DNA of 63,767 nucleotides, the filler included, from Octopus bimaculoides (taxonomy: Eukaryota): the NCBI RefSeq assembly GCF_001194135.2. It is 4 parts of 4 records of this genome, joined end to end, with 100 filler letters (N's around TTAATTAATTAA, not from the genome) between each part and the next. Parts side by side here need not be neighbours in the genome. Positions count along the whole stretch, not along the records: positions 1 to 23,754 come from NC_068981.1; 3 more parts are not named here. The stretch is one strand, 5' to 3'. Below are positions 1 to 11,675 of the stretch, piece by piece (positions within the stretch are counted from its first letter, which is position 1; each line of letters starts with the position of its first letter). The translations under genes and the position numbers were made by a program. The notes beneath the pieces were generated by a model. The model had not been told where the DNA came from. It ran no database searches and was given only the letters and a program-made list of their open reading frames with translations.

Positions 1-1234
1 TATATATTTGTATACTTAGATACACGCATGTGTATACTAATTTTAATTTAATACGTATGTTTACACGCTACTCTATACGTGTAACTTTGTGTGTCTCACT
101 ATATCCAGGGATTCTGTGTATGTATTTTGGTCTGTAAGAATGGCCTGGATAATCTTTCACAACATATGCTATATAGATATTTTTGCTGCTATGAATATCG
201 TTAAGAGAAACGAAAACTAAATTTCCTATTAAATAAGACGTAGACATTTCGGAAACACCTTTGGTCATTTTAATAATAGCTTTTACAGAATGACAGTGCA
301 AGAGAGAGAAATAGAGCGAGAGAGCGAGAGGGGGGAGAGTGAGAGAGAGAGTGAATGAGAGCAAAAGTGAATGCCTGGGTGAGAGAGAAGGGAACGTTCG
401 ATAAAGCTAGAGTGAAAAGGCGGACGAGGTATGATACATTTTAGTGTGAGTACAGAACGACAGATATATATAAGGAAGAATACAAAGCTACATATGCGTA
501 AACACAAAAACGCACATAAAATAGTCACAACCACACACATAATGCAACAGATAGACTCGCACACACCTATAAATCCATTCATATAGATTGGTATCTTTTA
601 TATGTCTATATGCCTATGCCATATGCTATGTCTATAGAAAATGTATTTATCTCATTACTCACTATATCATTAAAATTTTGACAATAGGAAATAGTTATTA
701 CATTTGCTGTGTGACGCCATGTTAAATGCTTGCAAAGATAACAAGTCTTAGATCCGTGCTTGGTTACACTACTAGACTATAATGGATAATAATAATGTTG
801 TCTTTATTATATATATATTTATATACCTATTTATATTTCTGAACATCTTAACGAGTGATACAGACGGCTATATAAATTTCTCCGTAGATCAAGAGAAAGA
901 ATAAGGGGGGAAGAAAGAAAGAGAGAGAGAGAGAGAGAGAGAATCAAAGAGAGAGAAAAGAGAGAGAGAGAGAGAGAAAGAGAGTGACTGACAGGCAGTA
1001 AGAGAGAGAGGGGAGGAGTGGTGGGAGTGAGAGGGACTGCTGTTCCAATCCTACGCAATACAGTAAGAACTTTTCAGGCCAATATATTTCCGGCAACCAT
1101 GTTTTGCTAAAATGTAAAAATATTGATGTTTGGCGGTTATGAATCTACAGATAATGTCCTGACTATCAACAAAATAATTGGTACGGTTGGAAGCGTGTTA
1201 AGAAATTGCTTTCAGATTGTGGCACATGATCAGC

Positions 1235-2448
1235 AAATTCGGGGCAGTGGGTAAGTCGGCTACTTCGACCCTAGTCCTCAACTGGTACTTATTTTATCGA
1301 CCCTGAAAGGATGGAAGGCAAAGTCAGTCGCGGTGGAGTTTAAGCTGAGGAAGTAAAGACAGTTGAAATGCCGTTAAGTATTTTTGCCGGGTGTGCTAAA
1401 GCGTCTGCCAACTCGCAGCCTTAAAGCATAATATAACATTGGTTTCTAATTTTGGCACAAGGGCAGCAATTTTAGGGAAGAGGGTAAGTCGATTACATCG
1501 ACCTCAGTACTCAAGCAAAATCAACCTGAGCGAAATTTGAACACAGAACGTAAGGACGAATGAAAAACCACTAAGTATTTTATCCCGCATGCTAACTAAT
1601 CGCGGTAAGGTATTTTTTCTACTTTAGGTACAAAACCTGAAATTTTGGGGGAGGGGTCCAGTCGATTAGATCGACCCCAGTATGCAACTGGAACATTAAT
1701 TTATCGACTCTGAAAGGATGAAAGGCAAAGTCGACCTCGGCGGAATTTGAACTCAGAGCATAAAGACAGGGGAAATACCGGTGTGCTAACGTTTCTTATT
1801 TCTTTGCTGCCCACAAGGGGCTACACACAGAGGGGACAAATAAGGACAGACAAACAGATTGAGTCGATTTTATCGACCTTAATGCGTAACTGGTACTTAT
1901 TTAATCGACCCCGAAAGGATGAAAGGCAAAGTCGACCTGGTCGGAATTTGAACTTAGAACGTAACGGCAGACGAAATACCGCTAAGTATTTCGCCCGGCA
2001 TGCTAACTTTCGTTATTTCTTTATTTCCCAGAAGGGGCTAAACATAGAGGGGACAAAGAAGGACAGACAAGGAGATTAAGTCGATTACATCGACTCCAGT
2101 GCGTAGCTGGTACTTAATTTATCGATCCTGAAAGGATAAGTTGACCTCGTCGGAATTTGAACTTAAAACTTAATGGTAGACGAAATACCGGGAAGTATTT
2201 CGTCCGGCGTGCTAACGTTTGTTATTTCTTTATTTCCCGCAAGGGGCTATACAATGAGGGGGAAAAAAACAAGGACAGACAAAGGGATTAAGTGGATTAC
2301 ATCGACCCCAGTGTGTAACTGGTACTTAATTTATCGACCCCGAAAGGCAAAGACGACCTCGGCGGAATTTGAACTCAAAACGTAACAGTAGACGAAATAC
2401 CGTTAAACATATCGCCGGGCGTGCAAACCTTTCTGCCAGCTCGCCACC
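1235..2448 (-). mobile_element. Head-to-tail chain of six copies/fragments of a tRNA-derived SINE (family A; two tail variants)
   Basis: Repeated core GTCGATTACATCGACCCCAG...GGAATTTGAACTC six times. On the minus strand the outermost copy has a head with an A-box-like TGGCAGAAAGGTT and a B-box-like GAGTTCAAATTCC. Junctions near 1795, 2012 and 2221. Confidence 0.85.
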
Positions 2449-2851
2449 ATATGTAGAGTAAGAACTGTGAACATATATATATATATACGAAATTAAAAAA
2501 AAAATATCCTTAAGACAGAATATATTCGTACATGCCTGGGAATTTACAGAAAGTCTAAAATAGTATATATTGGTTGTTCGAAATCAGTGTGTGTATATTC
2601 TATGTGATTGTTTTTCTTTATGCGCGCGTGAGTGTTTGGCATACGTGTGTTTGCACTTATGTATTTTGCGTAAACTTTTGTAAACATGAATTTTCAGTTG
2701 CGATGAAGCATTATAAAAAAGATATATATGATATTTTTAAGAGAGAAAGGGGTACAACAGACAGAGAGAAGCATAATGGAATCATAGGTCACATACGATA
2801 CTTAGATTCATTTGTTTGTGTATGTTTGTGATAATGTATTAGTTCCTCTTG

Positions 2852-3237
2852 GGAGGGGGGCGCAATGGCCCAGTGGTTAGGGCGGCGGACACGCGGTCAT
2901 AGGATCGCGGTTTCGATTCCCAGACCGGGCGTTGTGAGTGTTTATTCAGCGAAAACTCCTAAAGCTTCACGAGGCTCCGGCAGGGGATGGTGGCGAACCC
3001 TGCTGTACTCTTCCACCACAACTTTCTCTCAATTTTACTTCCTGTTTCTGTTGTGCCTGTAATTCAAGGGGTCAGCCTTGTCACACAGTGTCATGCTGAA
3101 TATCCCCCGAGAACTACGTTAAGGGTACACGTGTCTGTGGAGTGCTCAGCCACTTGCACGTTAATTTCACTAGCAGGCTGTTCCGTTGATCGGATCAACT
3201 GGAACCCTCGACGTCGTAAGCGACGGAGTGCCAACAA
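2852..3237 (+). mobile_element. Full-length ~385 bp tRNA-derived SINE (family C; possibly a tRNA-Arg-like octopus OR-type SINE)
   Basis: A box TGGCCCAGTGGTTAGG, B box GGTTTCGATTCCC, ends GAGTGCCAACAA. A highly similar second copy lies at 47801-48167. Confidence 0.85.
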
Positions 3238-3259
3238 TCAGTTCTTTTACAGGCTGCTA

Positions 3260-3720
3260 CTTCAAATACTAGTTAATGTTTCTGATTTTGATTGGGGTCA
3301 ACACATTAAATAAATCTGGTTTCCTAAAATCATAGAAAATATATGCTATTTTTCTTGTTCTTGAGCTAATTGACAACTTTATGAATTCAAAGTTACATTC
3401 CTTACATATGTCTACATTTGCGTCCCAATTGTAAATTTCGCAAATTCATTGCATGACTCCTTTCAATGCAGACATGCATCTCTAGTTCCTATTTCCTAGT
3501 ATTTAGACCTCCAGTTCAGCAATTGTTTAGAATATTTCAGATGCCTAAAATGTTTCCTGGGTCGTTTATAGCTGCAGGTGGCAAGAGCTGTGTAGAATTA
3601 GTAAAATATTACCTGTGGGTAAGTTAAAGATGGCCTTACAGGGACTCATTGAATTACCTACACTTGTGTAAAACAAATATCTTCCATGCATATTTGGAAA
3701 TCACATTATAAAAGAGACAG
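3260..3720 (-). pseudogene. Heavily decayed RLE-type (Dong/R4-like) LINE C-terminal fragment
   Basis: Minus-strand conceptual translation gives remnants resembling the HGRY, AAQ-QLL and HK..EN.K regions of RLE LINE ORFs, with many stops. Confidence 0.3.
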
Positions 3721-4297
3721 CCATTAGAGACAACCATTAGAACATAACAAGTTCTGTAAGGTAAAAAATACTAAAAATGTCACTAATAAATGTATTTGTT
3801 CTGCAAAATCAGTGGAGAAAATCTGAACAGTATCGTAATGAATTTAAAGATATGCAGCAATGATTATAAACTATATTTATGTGCGCATCTTTACTACGCC
3901 AAGAAGTAGTATTTAGGAAGCAACTACTTTAATTAGTGTGATCATATAAACGGAAGTAATTCGAATTAATGTAATTCCAGACAACATACTTGAAATGAAT
4001 AATAATTGCTTTATTTACGCCTGTATTTTAATTGAAAACTAGTCACTAATACACGAAACCCACATATATATACAGTACATAAATTTGTGCTCAATAAGTG
4101 TACATTCCTATCGAGCGGGAGTTATGCAGAGTATATATATGTGCGATATCATCATCTCACTGAGCCCCGACATTCATATATGTGTGCGTATCTATATGTA
4201 TTGGTCTATATATATATGTAGATCTATCTATATGTGTGTGTGTGCGTACGTGTGTGTGCGTACGTGTGTGTATATACATAATAAATGCATACATCTA

Positions 4298-5092
4298 CAC
4301 TGGTAGATGTGTCATATGAAACATCTTTTACCCTTAGTGTTGTTGAGAAAAGTTTATATTTTAAAAGTTATTTCGTGTTAAAGTTGTATTTCGGTAATTT
4401 CAACCAATCAATGACGTGCATTCAGCTGAATAATATTACTTCCGTTGTTTGTCAACAACAACTATCTCGTTTGTCACTGTTATTTATGACATCCGGGTTT
4501 TAGAGTTAGGGTTAGGGTTTTAGGCTCAAGGTTATGATTTTAGGGTTAGGGATATGGTTTTAGAGTTAGGGTTACGGTTTTAGAGTTAGGTTAGGGTTAA
4601 GGATTTAGGGTTAGGGTTTTAATGTTAGGGTTATGGTTGGGATTTTAGGGTTAGGGTGATGGTTATGGTTAGGGTTGGGGCTCTAAGGTTAAAGTTACGG
4701 AAAAATGTGAAAAATGAAGAAATTGGAGCGGGAGGGGGCAAAATGTCTTTCCGAAAATAGTAACTGAAAAACAGGAAAAAAAAAACTAAAAGCAGTAGAA
4801 ATGCACGACCGAATGTGGTGGTGTCATGAAGTAAACATGCTTCCGATACACTCGTTTATTCATACAAACGTAACTGAGATGAAATATGTCATAAATAACA
4901 GTGACAAACGAAATATACGCCGCCGGAAGTTGTTGTTGACAAACAATAGCAGTAATTGCACCTCAATAGACGTCATTGATTGGTTGAAATTACCGAAATA
5001 CGATAACTTTAACACGAAATAACTTGGAAAATACAGAATTTTCTCAAAACGCCAAGAGTAAATGATGATTTATGTTACACATTCTACCAGTG
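4298..5092. mobile_element. Non-autonomous TIR DNA transposon (MITE-like), ~795 bp, with ~195-205 bp imperfect TIRs and an internal TTAGGG tract
   Basis: 4298-4492 is an imperfect reverse complement of 4886-5092 (e.g. GTATTTCGGTAATTTCAACCAATCAATGACGT / ACGTCATTGATTGGTTGAAATTACCGAAATAC). Termini CACTGGTAG...CTACCAGTG are flanked by TA on both sides. Confidence 0.8.
4496..4700 (+). repeat. Degenerate interstitial telomere-like (TTAGGG)n tract
   Basis: Many TTAGGG, GTTAGG and TTAGAG variants in about 200 bp, inside the TIR element. Confidence 0.85.
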
Positions 5093-5097
5093 TAGGA

Positions 5098-5142
<45 letters not shown>

Positions 5143-5617
5143 ATACAAACGGGTTTATTAAAGGTAGATTTTCGGTTAGTACTCTTGCGAAAACTAACAG
5201 CAAGCATAGAAATGGACAATTTTCCTTGAAAAGAAAATAGCCATAAATACAGATTGAAATTCCGTGTGTAACAAATTGGTTGTGGTATATAACATAACAA
5301 GTCCAAAAATGGAGTTTTCGGGATTACGTTTCGTTGCGTGCATTTTGACAATTTATAATAGATATATATTCTTTTTCACGAAAAGAAATATGTATAAACC
5401 AGAGATATACATTGTTTAAAATGTGGCATGTTGAATTATTACACACAATACAAATATTTATTTATATTTATACATGAAATAATGGAGCTACCAGCGTGTT
5501 GTATTTTATAGATATTTATGAAAAGAATGAATGTAGTACCAAATATTCTATTCTTTGTCGTTGTATATATATAAATATATATATATACATACATATTCTA
5601 ATTAATTCTTTTAGCCA

Positions 5618-6300
5618 CATAGCTGCAGTCGTGCTGGATCACCACTGTAACCTTTCTGGTATCCTCTGTCTAGACTGTTTCACATCACCACTCCTGTATG
5701 TGCTTTCTCCCAGCTATTGGCCAATATGGTGTATAAGGGAGTTTGATTCCGCTGCCTCAAGTCTGTACCTCAATCGGGCTATTGGTTCATCCGGTATTGT
5801 GGAGACAAGGATATCTTGTTCCTTTTTGACGACATTTACTTCCACCTTACGCAGATTTCTTAACTTTTGTGGTAAAGCATTGAAGATCTGTGGCCCTTTG
5901 AATCCTAGACCATTGCAGTACCTGTTCCTGAACTTAGATGGAGTTGATGATACCTTAAGTACAATAAAATGGCTGTCCTTTCTGGCATTTATATAACACT
6001 CAATACCGAAATTATACTAGCCCTTCTAGAGTTTTCCATATGTAGATTATTACATATTACATATCTGTCGCACCTTCGCTCCAGGGAGTAAAGTTGTTGT
6101 TTTTTCAGTCTATCGCTGTAGCTCATCCACTGTACTGTTTGAAACAGTTTAGTATAGTTGCGTTGGACTGCCTCAAGCTCCGCTGTTAGTTTGGCACTAT
6201 GTGGTGACCATAAATGGGAGCAGTAGTTCAGGCGACTGAGAACAAATTGTCTCCACAGGCTCAACATAGTTTCTTGCTCTCTTGTCTTGAAGGAGCTCAG
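5618..6300 (-). mobile_element. 5'-truncated CR1/L2-group LINE: RT C-terminus and 3' end
   Basis: Translation LSRLNYCSHLWSPHSAKLTAELEAVQRNYTK...YSDRLKKQQLYSLERR is typical of the CR1/L2 RT C-terminus. It continues with frameshifts into GFKGPQIFNALP...DEP...AAESNSLIH. Confidence 0.85.
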
Positions 6301-6634
6301 TATATATAAATATTTAAATCTTGAAATTATTTTAGCTTCGAAGGTACAGTTGCTGGGTCACCACCGTTGAGTGTTCTACACAATTATTTGAAACCTGTGA
6401 TAATGTAATAAATGTTAGCATTCTTCATAAAGAAAGTACGTCAATTAAATAATGTTGAACGAACCCGTATCATCAGAGTTAAACATTAAATCGACAAAGC
6501 AATACCAAAAGTGTCAACGCGATTACAAAAATGAAAAATATTTAATAAAGCGAAATACAGAATCCCCGAATTAGGTAATGCGTGATGAGAAAATATTATG
6601 ACCCCTCACTGACATAACGACGAAACTAGTTCTC

Positions 6635-6686
6635 GGCTTTATTAGACTTCTTCATTAGACTTCTTTATTAGACTTCTTTATTAGAC
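6635..6686 (+). repeat. 13-bp minisatellite (TTCTTTATTAGAC) x4
   Basis: Direct inspection. Confidence 0.8.
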
Positions 6687-6904
6687 CGAAGTACAATCGC
6701 GTTAAAGAGTATAGAAATCTGGTTCAAATTTTTGATGAAATAATACTTATTTCTATTGTTAACAAACACATGTTTGCTTACTGACAACAATGAACGCCGA
6801 GATAGTTCGTAGCTTATTGTTCTTGGACTAGTTATGATAGTAGCTGCTGTCGAGAATTCCTTGAATTTAACTGATCATTGTGTGTTGCTGTCGCCACCGT
6901 TCAT

Positions 6905-7672
6905 TCGTTTGCAATCCAAGAATAGGAAATATCAACCAAGTACCTGAAACACAAAAGGGATAGCGATACAGGAAAAGCAGTAAGATGTGACAACCGATGC
7001 AGACTTTCTGGAATTCCCACTGAAGATAACACCCACATCATAAGCAGTTGTCCGAAAATGTCATCACGGTATTATCAACCGATGAGACATGACGTTGTAG
7101 CTAGGACACTCTATAATGAAAGCCGTCGGAAGGATAATCCCGCTGACAAAGAAATAAGAACCCACAATATGGTAGAAGCTATAGCCACTCATAATAAAAA
7201 GGAACACTGGTGGAATGTCCCAGTGAAAACCTCGATAATATGTAAGCACAACAGGCCTGATATAATGATTCGTGATAGAGAAGAAGAGTTGTGCACAGTT
7301 GTAGAAATTAGATGCCCAGCGGATGTTAACATAAAGCTGAAAATTGATTAATAAAAAGAACACCTATGCTGAACTATTGAGAAATCTGCTGTTACTCTAT
7401 CCAGGTTACAGGTTCAGGTTTATATCTGTAATTATGAGGACCCTGGGATATGTAGCACAGTGCTAAAATACCAATTTCGAGAAATTAGGCTGCTCAAAAC
7501 CAGAAGAGAGAAAGCTAGTTCGAAGACTACACATTCAATCCATCACTGGAACTGTAAAAATCTGTAAAACTTTCCAGAAGTTTATCATTCAAATACATAT
7601 AAGCATGTCAATATATGCAACTACATGCATGAAAATACATACATGAAGCATATAAATTTGCACATGCATACA

Positions 7673-7713
<41 letters not shown>

Positions 7714-7852
7714 TACATACATACACACATGCATGCATGCATGCAAACAAAAATATCCTGTTGCTGATGTTGAAATTCCATTGAAGGAGCTAGGTTAGAA
7801 ACCTATTCTTTCTGTATTGGCAAGAAATCTTGAAATAAACTGAATAATAACA
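6905..7852 (+). mobile_element. 5'-truncated RLE-type non-LTR retrotransposon: CCHC knuckle remnant, PD-(D/E)xK endonuclease and 3'UTR
   Basis: FAIQE*EISTKYL...CRL...EDNTHIISSCPKMSSRYYQPMRHDVVAR...KHNRPDIMIRD...VVEIRCPAD. The 3'UTR ends ...GAATAATAAC followed by ATACATACA. Confidence 0.85.
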
Positions 7853-7860
7853 TACATACA

Positions 7861-8225
7861 TTATTGGGACTCTGGGATAGGTAATACACTGCCTAAATAC
7901 CAATCATGAGAACTACGGCTTCTCAGAACCAGAAAGGAGAAAGCTGATTCGAAGACTAAACTGCATCCAATCCATCAGTGCCACTACAAAAATCTTTAAA
8001 ACTTTTCAGAAGTTTATCATTTAAGTATATATAAGCATGTCTAGATATGCAACTATATGCATGAGACGTCATACATAAAAGCCAACGTAGAAATCCGCAC
8101 CGAAACATAGATACAAATACACTCTGTTGATGTTGTGGAAATTCCAATGAAGAAGCCTTGAATTTAGATTAGAAACCGACTCTTTCTCTATCGGCAAGGA
8201 ATCTTGAAATAAAACGAAATAATGA
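7861..8225 (+). mobile_element. Second, shorter 3' copy of the same RLE LINE family, directly after the first
   Basis: Parallels 7435-7852 (GGGACTCTGGGATA...CTAAATACCAAT...CAGAAGTTTATCAT...GGCAAGGAATCTTGAAATAAA) and ends in a CA/CATA microsatellite. Confidence 0.85.
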
Positions 8226-10199
8226 CACACACATACATACATATGTATGTATACACATACACATATACGTATATGTNNNNNNNNNNNNNNNNNNNNNNNN
8301 NNNNNNNNNNNNNNNNNNNNNNNNNNNNNNNNNNNNNNNNNNNNNNNNNNNNNNNNNNNNNNNNNNNNNNNNNNNNNNNNNNNNNNNNNNNNNNNNNNNN
8401 NNNNNNNNNNNNNNNNNNNNNNNNNNNNNNNNNNNNNNNNNNNNNNNNNNNNNNNNNNNNNNNNNNNNNNNNNNNNNNNNNNNNNNNNNNNNNNNNNNNN
8501 NNNNNNNNNNNNNNNNNNNNNNNNNNNNNNNNNNNNNNNNNNNNNNNNNNNNNNNNNNNNNNNNNNNNNNNNNNNNNNNNNNNNNNNNNNNNNNNNNNNN
8601 NNNNNNNNNNNNNNNNNNNNNNNNNNNNNNNNNNNNNNNNNNNNNNNNNNNNNNNNNNNNNNNNNNNNNNNNNNNNNNNNNNNNNNNNNNNNNNNNNNNN
8701 NNNNNNNNNNNNNNNNNNNNNNNNNNNNNNNNNNNNNNNNNNNNNNNNNNNNNNNNNNNNNNNNNNNNNNNNNNNNNNNNNNNNNNNNNNNNNNNNNNNN
8801 NNNNNNNNNNNNNNNNNNNNNNNNNNNNNNNNNNNNNNNNNNNNNNNNNNNNNNNNNNNNNNNNNNNNNNNNNNNNNNNNNNNNNNNNNNNNNNNNNNNN
8901 NNNNNNNNNNNNNNNNNNNNNNNNNNNNNNNNNNNNNNNNNNNNNNNNNNNNNNNNNNNNNNNNNNNNNNNNNNNNNNNNNNNNNNNNNNNNNNNNNNNN
9001 NNNNNNNNNNNNNNNNNNNNNNNNNNNNNNNNNNNNNNNNNNNNNNNNNNNNNNNNNNNNNNNNNNNNNNNNNNNNNNNNNNNNNNNNNNNNNNNNNNNN
9101 NNNNNNNNNNNNNNNNNNNNNNNNNNNNNNNNNNNNNNNNNNNNNNNNNNNNNNNNNNNNNNNNNNNNNNNNNNNNNNNNNNNNNNNNNNNNNNNNNNNN
9201 NNNNNNNNNNNNNNNNNNNNNNNNNNNNNNNNNNNNNNNNNNNNNNNNNNNNNNNNNATATATATAACATATAGCTATCTGCGTACCATATTTAATGTAC
9301 ATTCATCGCCAAAGACATAGCTACTGTAGTAATTGCCCGTAGCTAGTTTCTCTTTTGAACGTGTTGTGTAGAAAAACAAGCAATTTCGAAAATCGTGCAG
9401 CAGCGACAAGTGAGAATGCTTGATACGCATTTCTGCCTAATTGGACCTTAAGTAACATCTACTCGTAGACAAGTGTATGATAAGACGAAGTCTTCTGATG
9501 CTACTAATATAGCAAAGAGTGTGTGAATAATGTTTGCATTATTATTGGTCTCCCGACCGCATAAAATCTGTTATGTGCCACAGAAGCTGTATTCAATTAA
9601 AATAACCATATGCGTTTCATACTTCGTGATGTATGTGCATTAAGTATCTAAATCCAATGCTAAGTAACTTTTCCATATTGACTTCATAAGTATCCTTGTC
9701 AAGAAAAGAATTTCTGCTCATAAAGATTTCTTTATTAACGATAAAGTAAAATTTTCTGCTTCCTTAACCGAGTATATTTCTACACAGAAATCAAGCAATA
9801 TAAAGTTCTCTTTTAATTGCACTTATCTACCTGCAGCCGAAACTTACTGGTGCAACAGAACAGTTGGTTTCATTTGCGTCAGTCCCTGGAACATCTATTT
9901 GTGAATGAGGAAAAGATTACTAAGCAAACCTAACGAATTTGTAATTTATCAAAATGAATTATGATTACCTTAAGCAATATATTCTGATTTATATTCAGTA
10001 TTACTATTTTTCGATAAAAGTACCTACCCACATTCTACGAGGATTCTTCTCAAATTCTCCATCTGTTTTCCCCTTCTTTCTACTAACTGCTAACATCCGT
10101 AGTGTAATATCGGTGTACATCGATGGGGATGAAATGATGCATGAGTAGTTCACTAAATAAATAAAGAAGAGAGGAAACTAAATGAAGAAATAGGCGTAT

Positions 10200-11390
10200 G
10201 AGAAACCCACATATAGGCACGAAAGCTGGGCAAACTGGTTCTCAAAGACATCACACATCTCCTCGGGTTCGTCTATCAACTCTCCTTCCTGGTTCGTGAA
10301 AGTTCGAATTGTGGCATCATTGCAACATTAGGCTTCCACCACTCGGGCCCATCCCGCAGCATTGATTCCTTCGCAACCCATTGCACGTTGTCTAGCCCTG
10401 ACAATGCAACCCATGTGTTTGGCTTCGAGGTGCTGGTTTAACACCAGTCTCTTGGCCTTCACCTGACCCGTAGAACTAGTTCGCAATGCTTCCTCTAAGT
10501 TCTTAACTAGAGCCGATTCCCTTCTAGCTATATCTAATAGACTTGTATTTAATGGCCCACTTGAGGGCATACTACCATTTGTTGTTAATAATGTATCCGG
10601 TTATTTCCCTCTGAATTAACATCTTAATCCGGTATTTGTACTCCTTAATCGCCAAAAGGGAGTATTAAGTTTCCAGTAGCCGAGACCTCTATATAACTTA
10701 TCTATTTGAGCTTAGAGGTGACCATCTTGTGATCACTGTAGCTGACCATGTGAAACTGTGGATACCTAGGTATCTTCTTATCAGCTTTTCTTATAAATAC
10801 TCTACCTACATAAGACCTGGAAGATCCGTCCACAATGGAGCATTCGGAAATTCCAGTCTATACGGATCTACTAGCTCAAGACTTCTTAGTAGATCCTGGA
10901 AGCAAGCATTACTTCTCCTATTAACACACGAGCCAACATAATCTACGCGTGCATCACAGATTTTGTTATAGTTTCCTAGCACAACTAAGAGATATGATGT
11001 ATCAAGAAACTTCTCTAAGTTCTGATAATACACAGTTTGCCCCGTATCTTGAGGTGCATAAACTGCAACCAGTTTGATAGTGTTACAACGGCTGAACGTC
11101 AAGTAAATGACGACCAACCTACCTTCTGGATCTGCAAAAATCAACTTTTTCTCAGAAACCCGGTTTCTTTTTAATAGGCCCAACACCCCACTCCCGTTAT
11201 GAGGACAGCACGGACAGATGAAACTCTCGTAACCGTCAAACAGCGGGAGCAGATTTCTTGGCCCCTTCAACCGGGTTTCTGTAACAACTACATCTAAATC
11301 CCGTAACCTGACGTCATTTAGAAGGTGTCCTTGCTTCCAACTAAACGTCACGCCACGCAGATTTATACATCTAACGTGAATGCTTGACAT
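10200..11390 (-). mobile_element. Tx1/L1-clade LINE ORF2 N-terminal relic (apurinic-type endonuclease plus linker)
   Basis: 194-aa ORF with EEP motifs INLRG, VVTETRL, DPEGRLVV, VAVYAP, LGNYN (GDFN-like) and LVDPYRLEFP. A downstream frameshifted segment GCIVRARQRAM is typical of Tx1-like ORF2. Confidence 0.85.
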
Positions 11391-11589
11391 GGATTTACCT
11401 TAGTTAGTGGTACTCTATTTTTCACTAGTTCGTGGGGTGATATTCTGACATAGGTCCTGGTATCTCAGCTTGCTAAAATCAAGTCTTGGAGGGCCCATGT
11501 CAGTTGGATAGTAGCTTTTAAGATGTTATAGTTCATTTTATCTATTTTATAAATGGCAATATTTTCTGGAGTCTTATTGATTTTATATT

Positions 11590-11675
11590 GTGGCACAAGG
11601 TCAGAAATTTTGAAGGAGTAGGGTAGGTTGATCACATCGACCTCAGTGCTGAACTAGTATTTATTTTCTCGACCC
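11590..11675 (-). mobile_element. SINE family A 3' fragment, cut by a gap
   Basis: TGGCACAAGG...CACATCGACCTCAGTGCTGAACTAGT matches copies at 1450-1520. Confidence 0.7.

Noticed and set aside
1235-2448. Regularly spaced repeats superficially like a CRISPR array
   Set aside because: Eukaryotic context, ~210 bp units homologous along their whole length, Pol III boxes and no cas genes: these are SINEs.
2860-2925. tRNA-like sequence (also the heads at 23540, 33055, 44945 and 47805)
   Set aside because: Each continues into a SINE body and lacks a complete cloverleaf, so these are not tRNA genes.
8169-9320. Long ORFs of 120-377 aa in the ORF track spanning N gaps (also near 11.6, 13.8, 17.8, 25.1, 40.7 and 56.0 kb)
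   Set aside because: They are open only because N runs contain no stop codons.
11255-11275. TTGGCCCCTTCAACC, similar to the miR-133 mature sequence
   Set aside because: It lies antisense within the Tx1 endonuclease ORF, has mismatches and no hairpin partner; coincidental.
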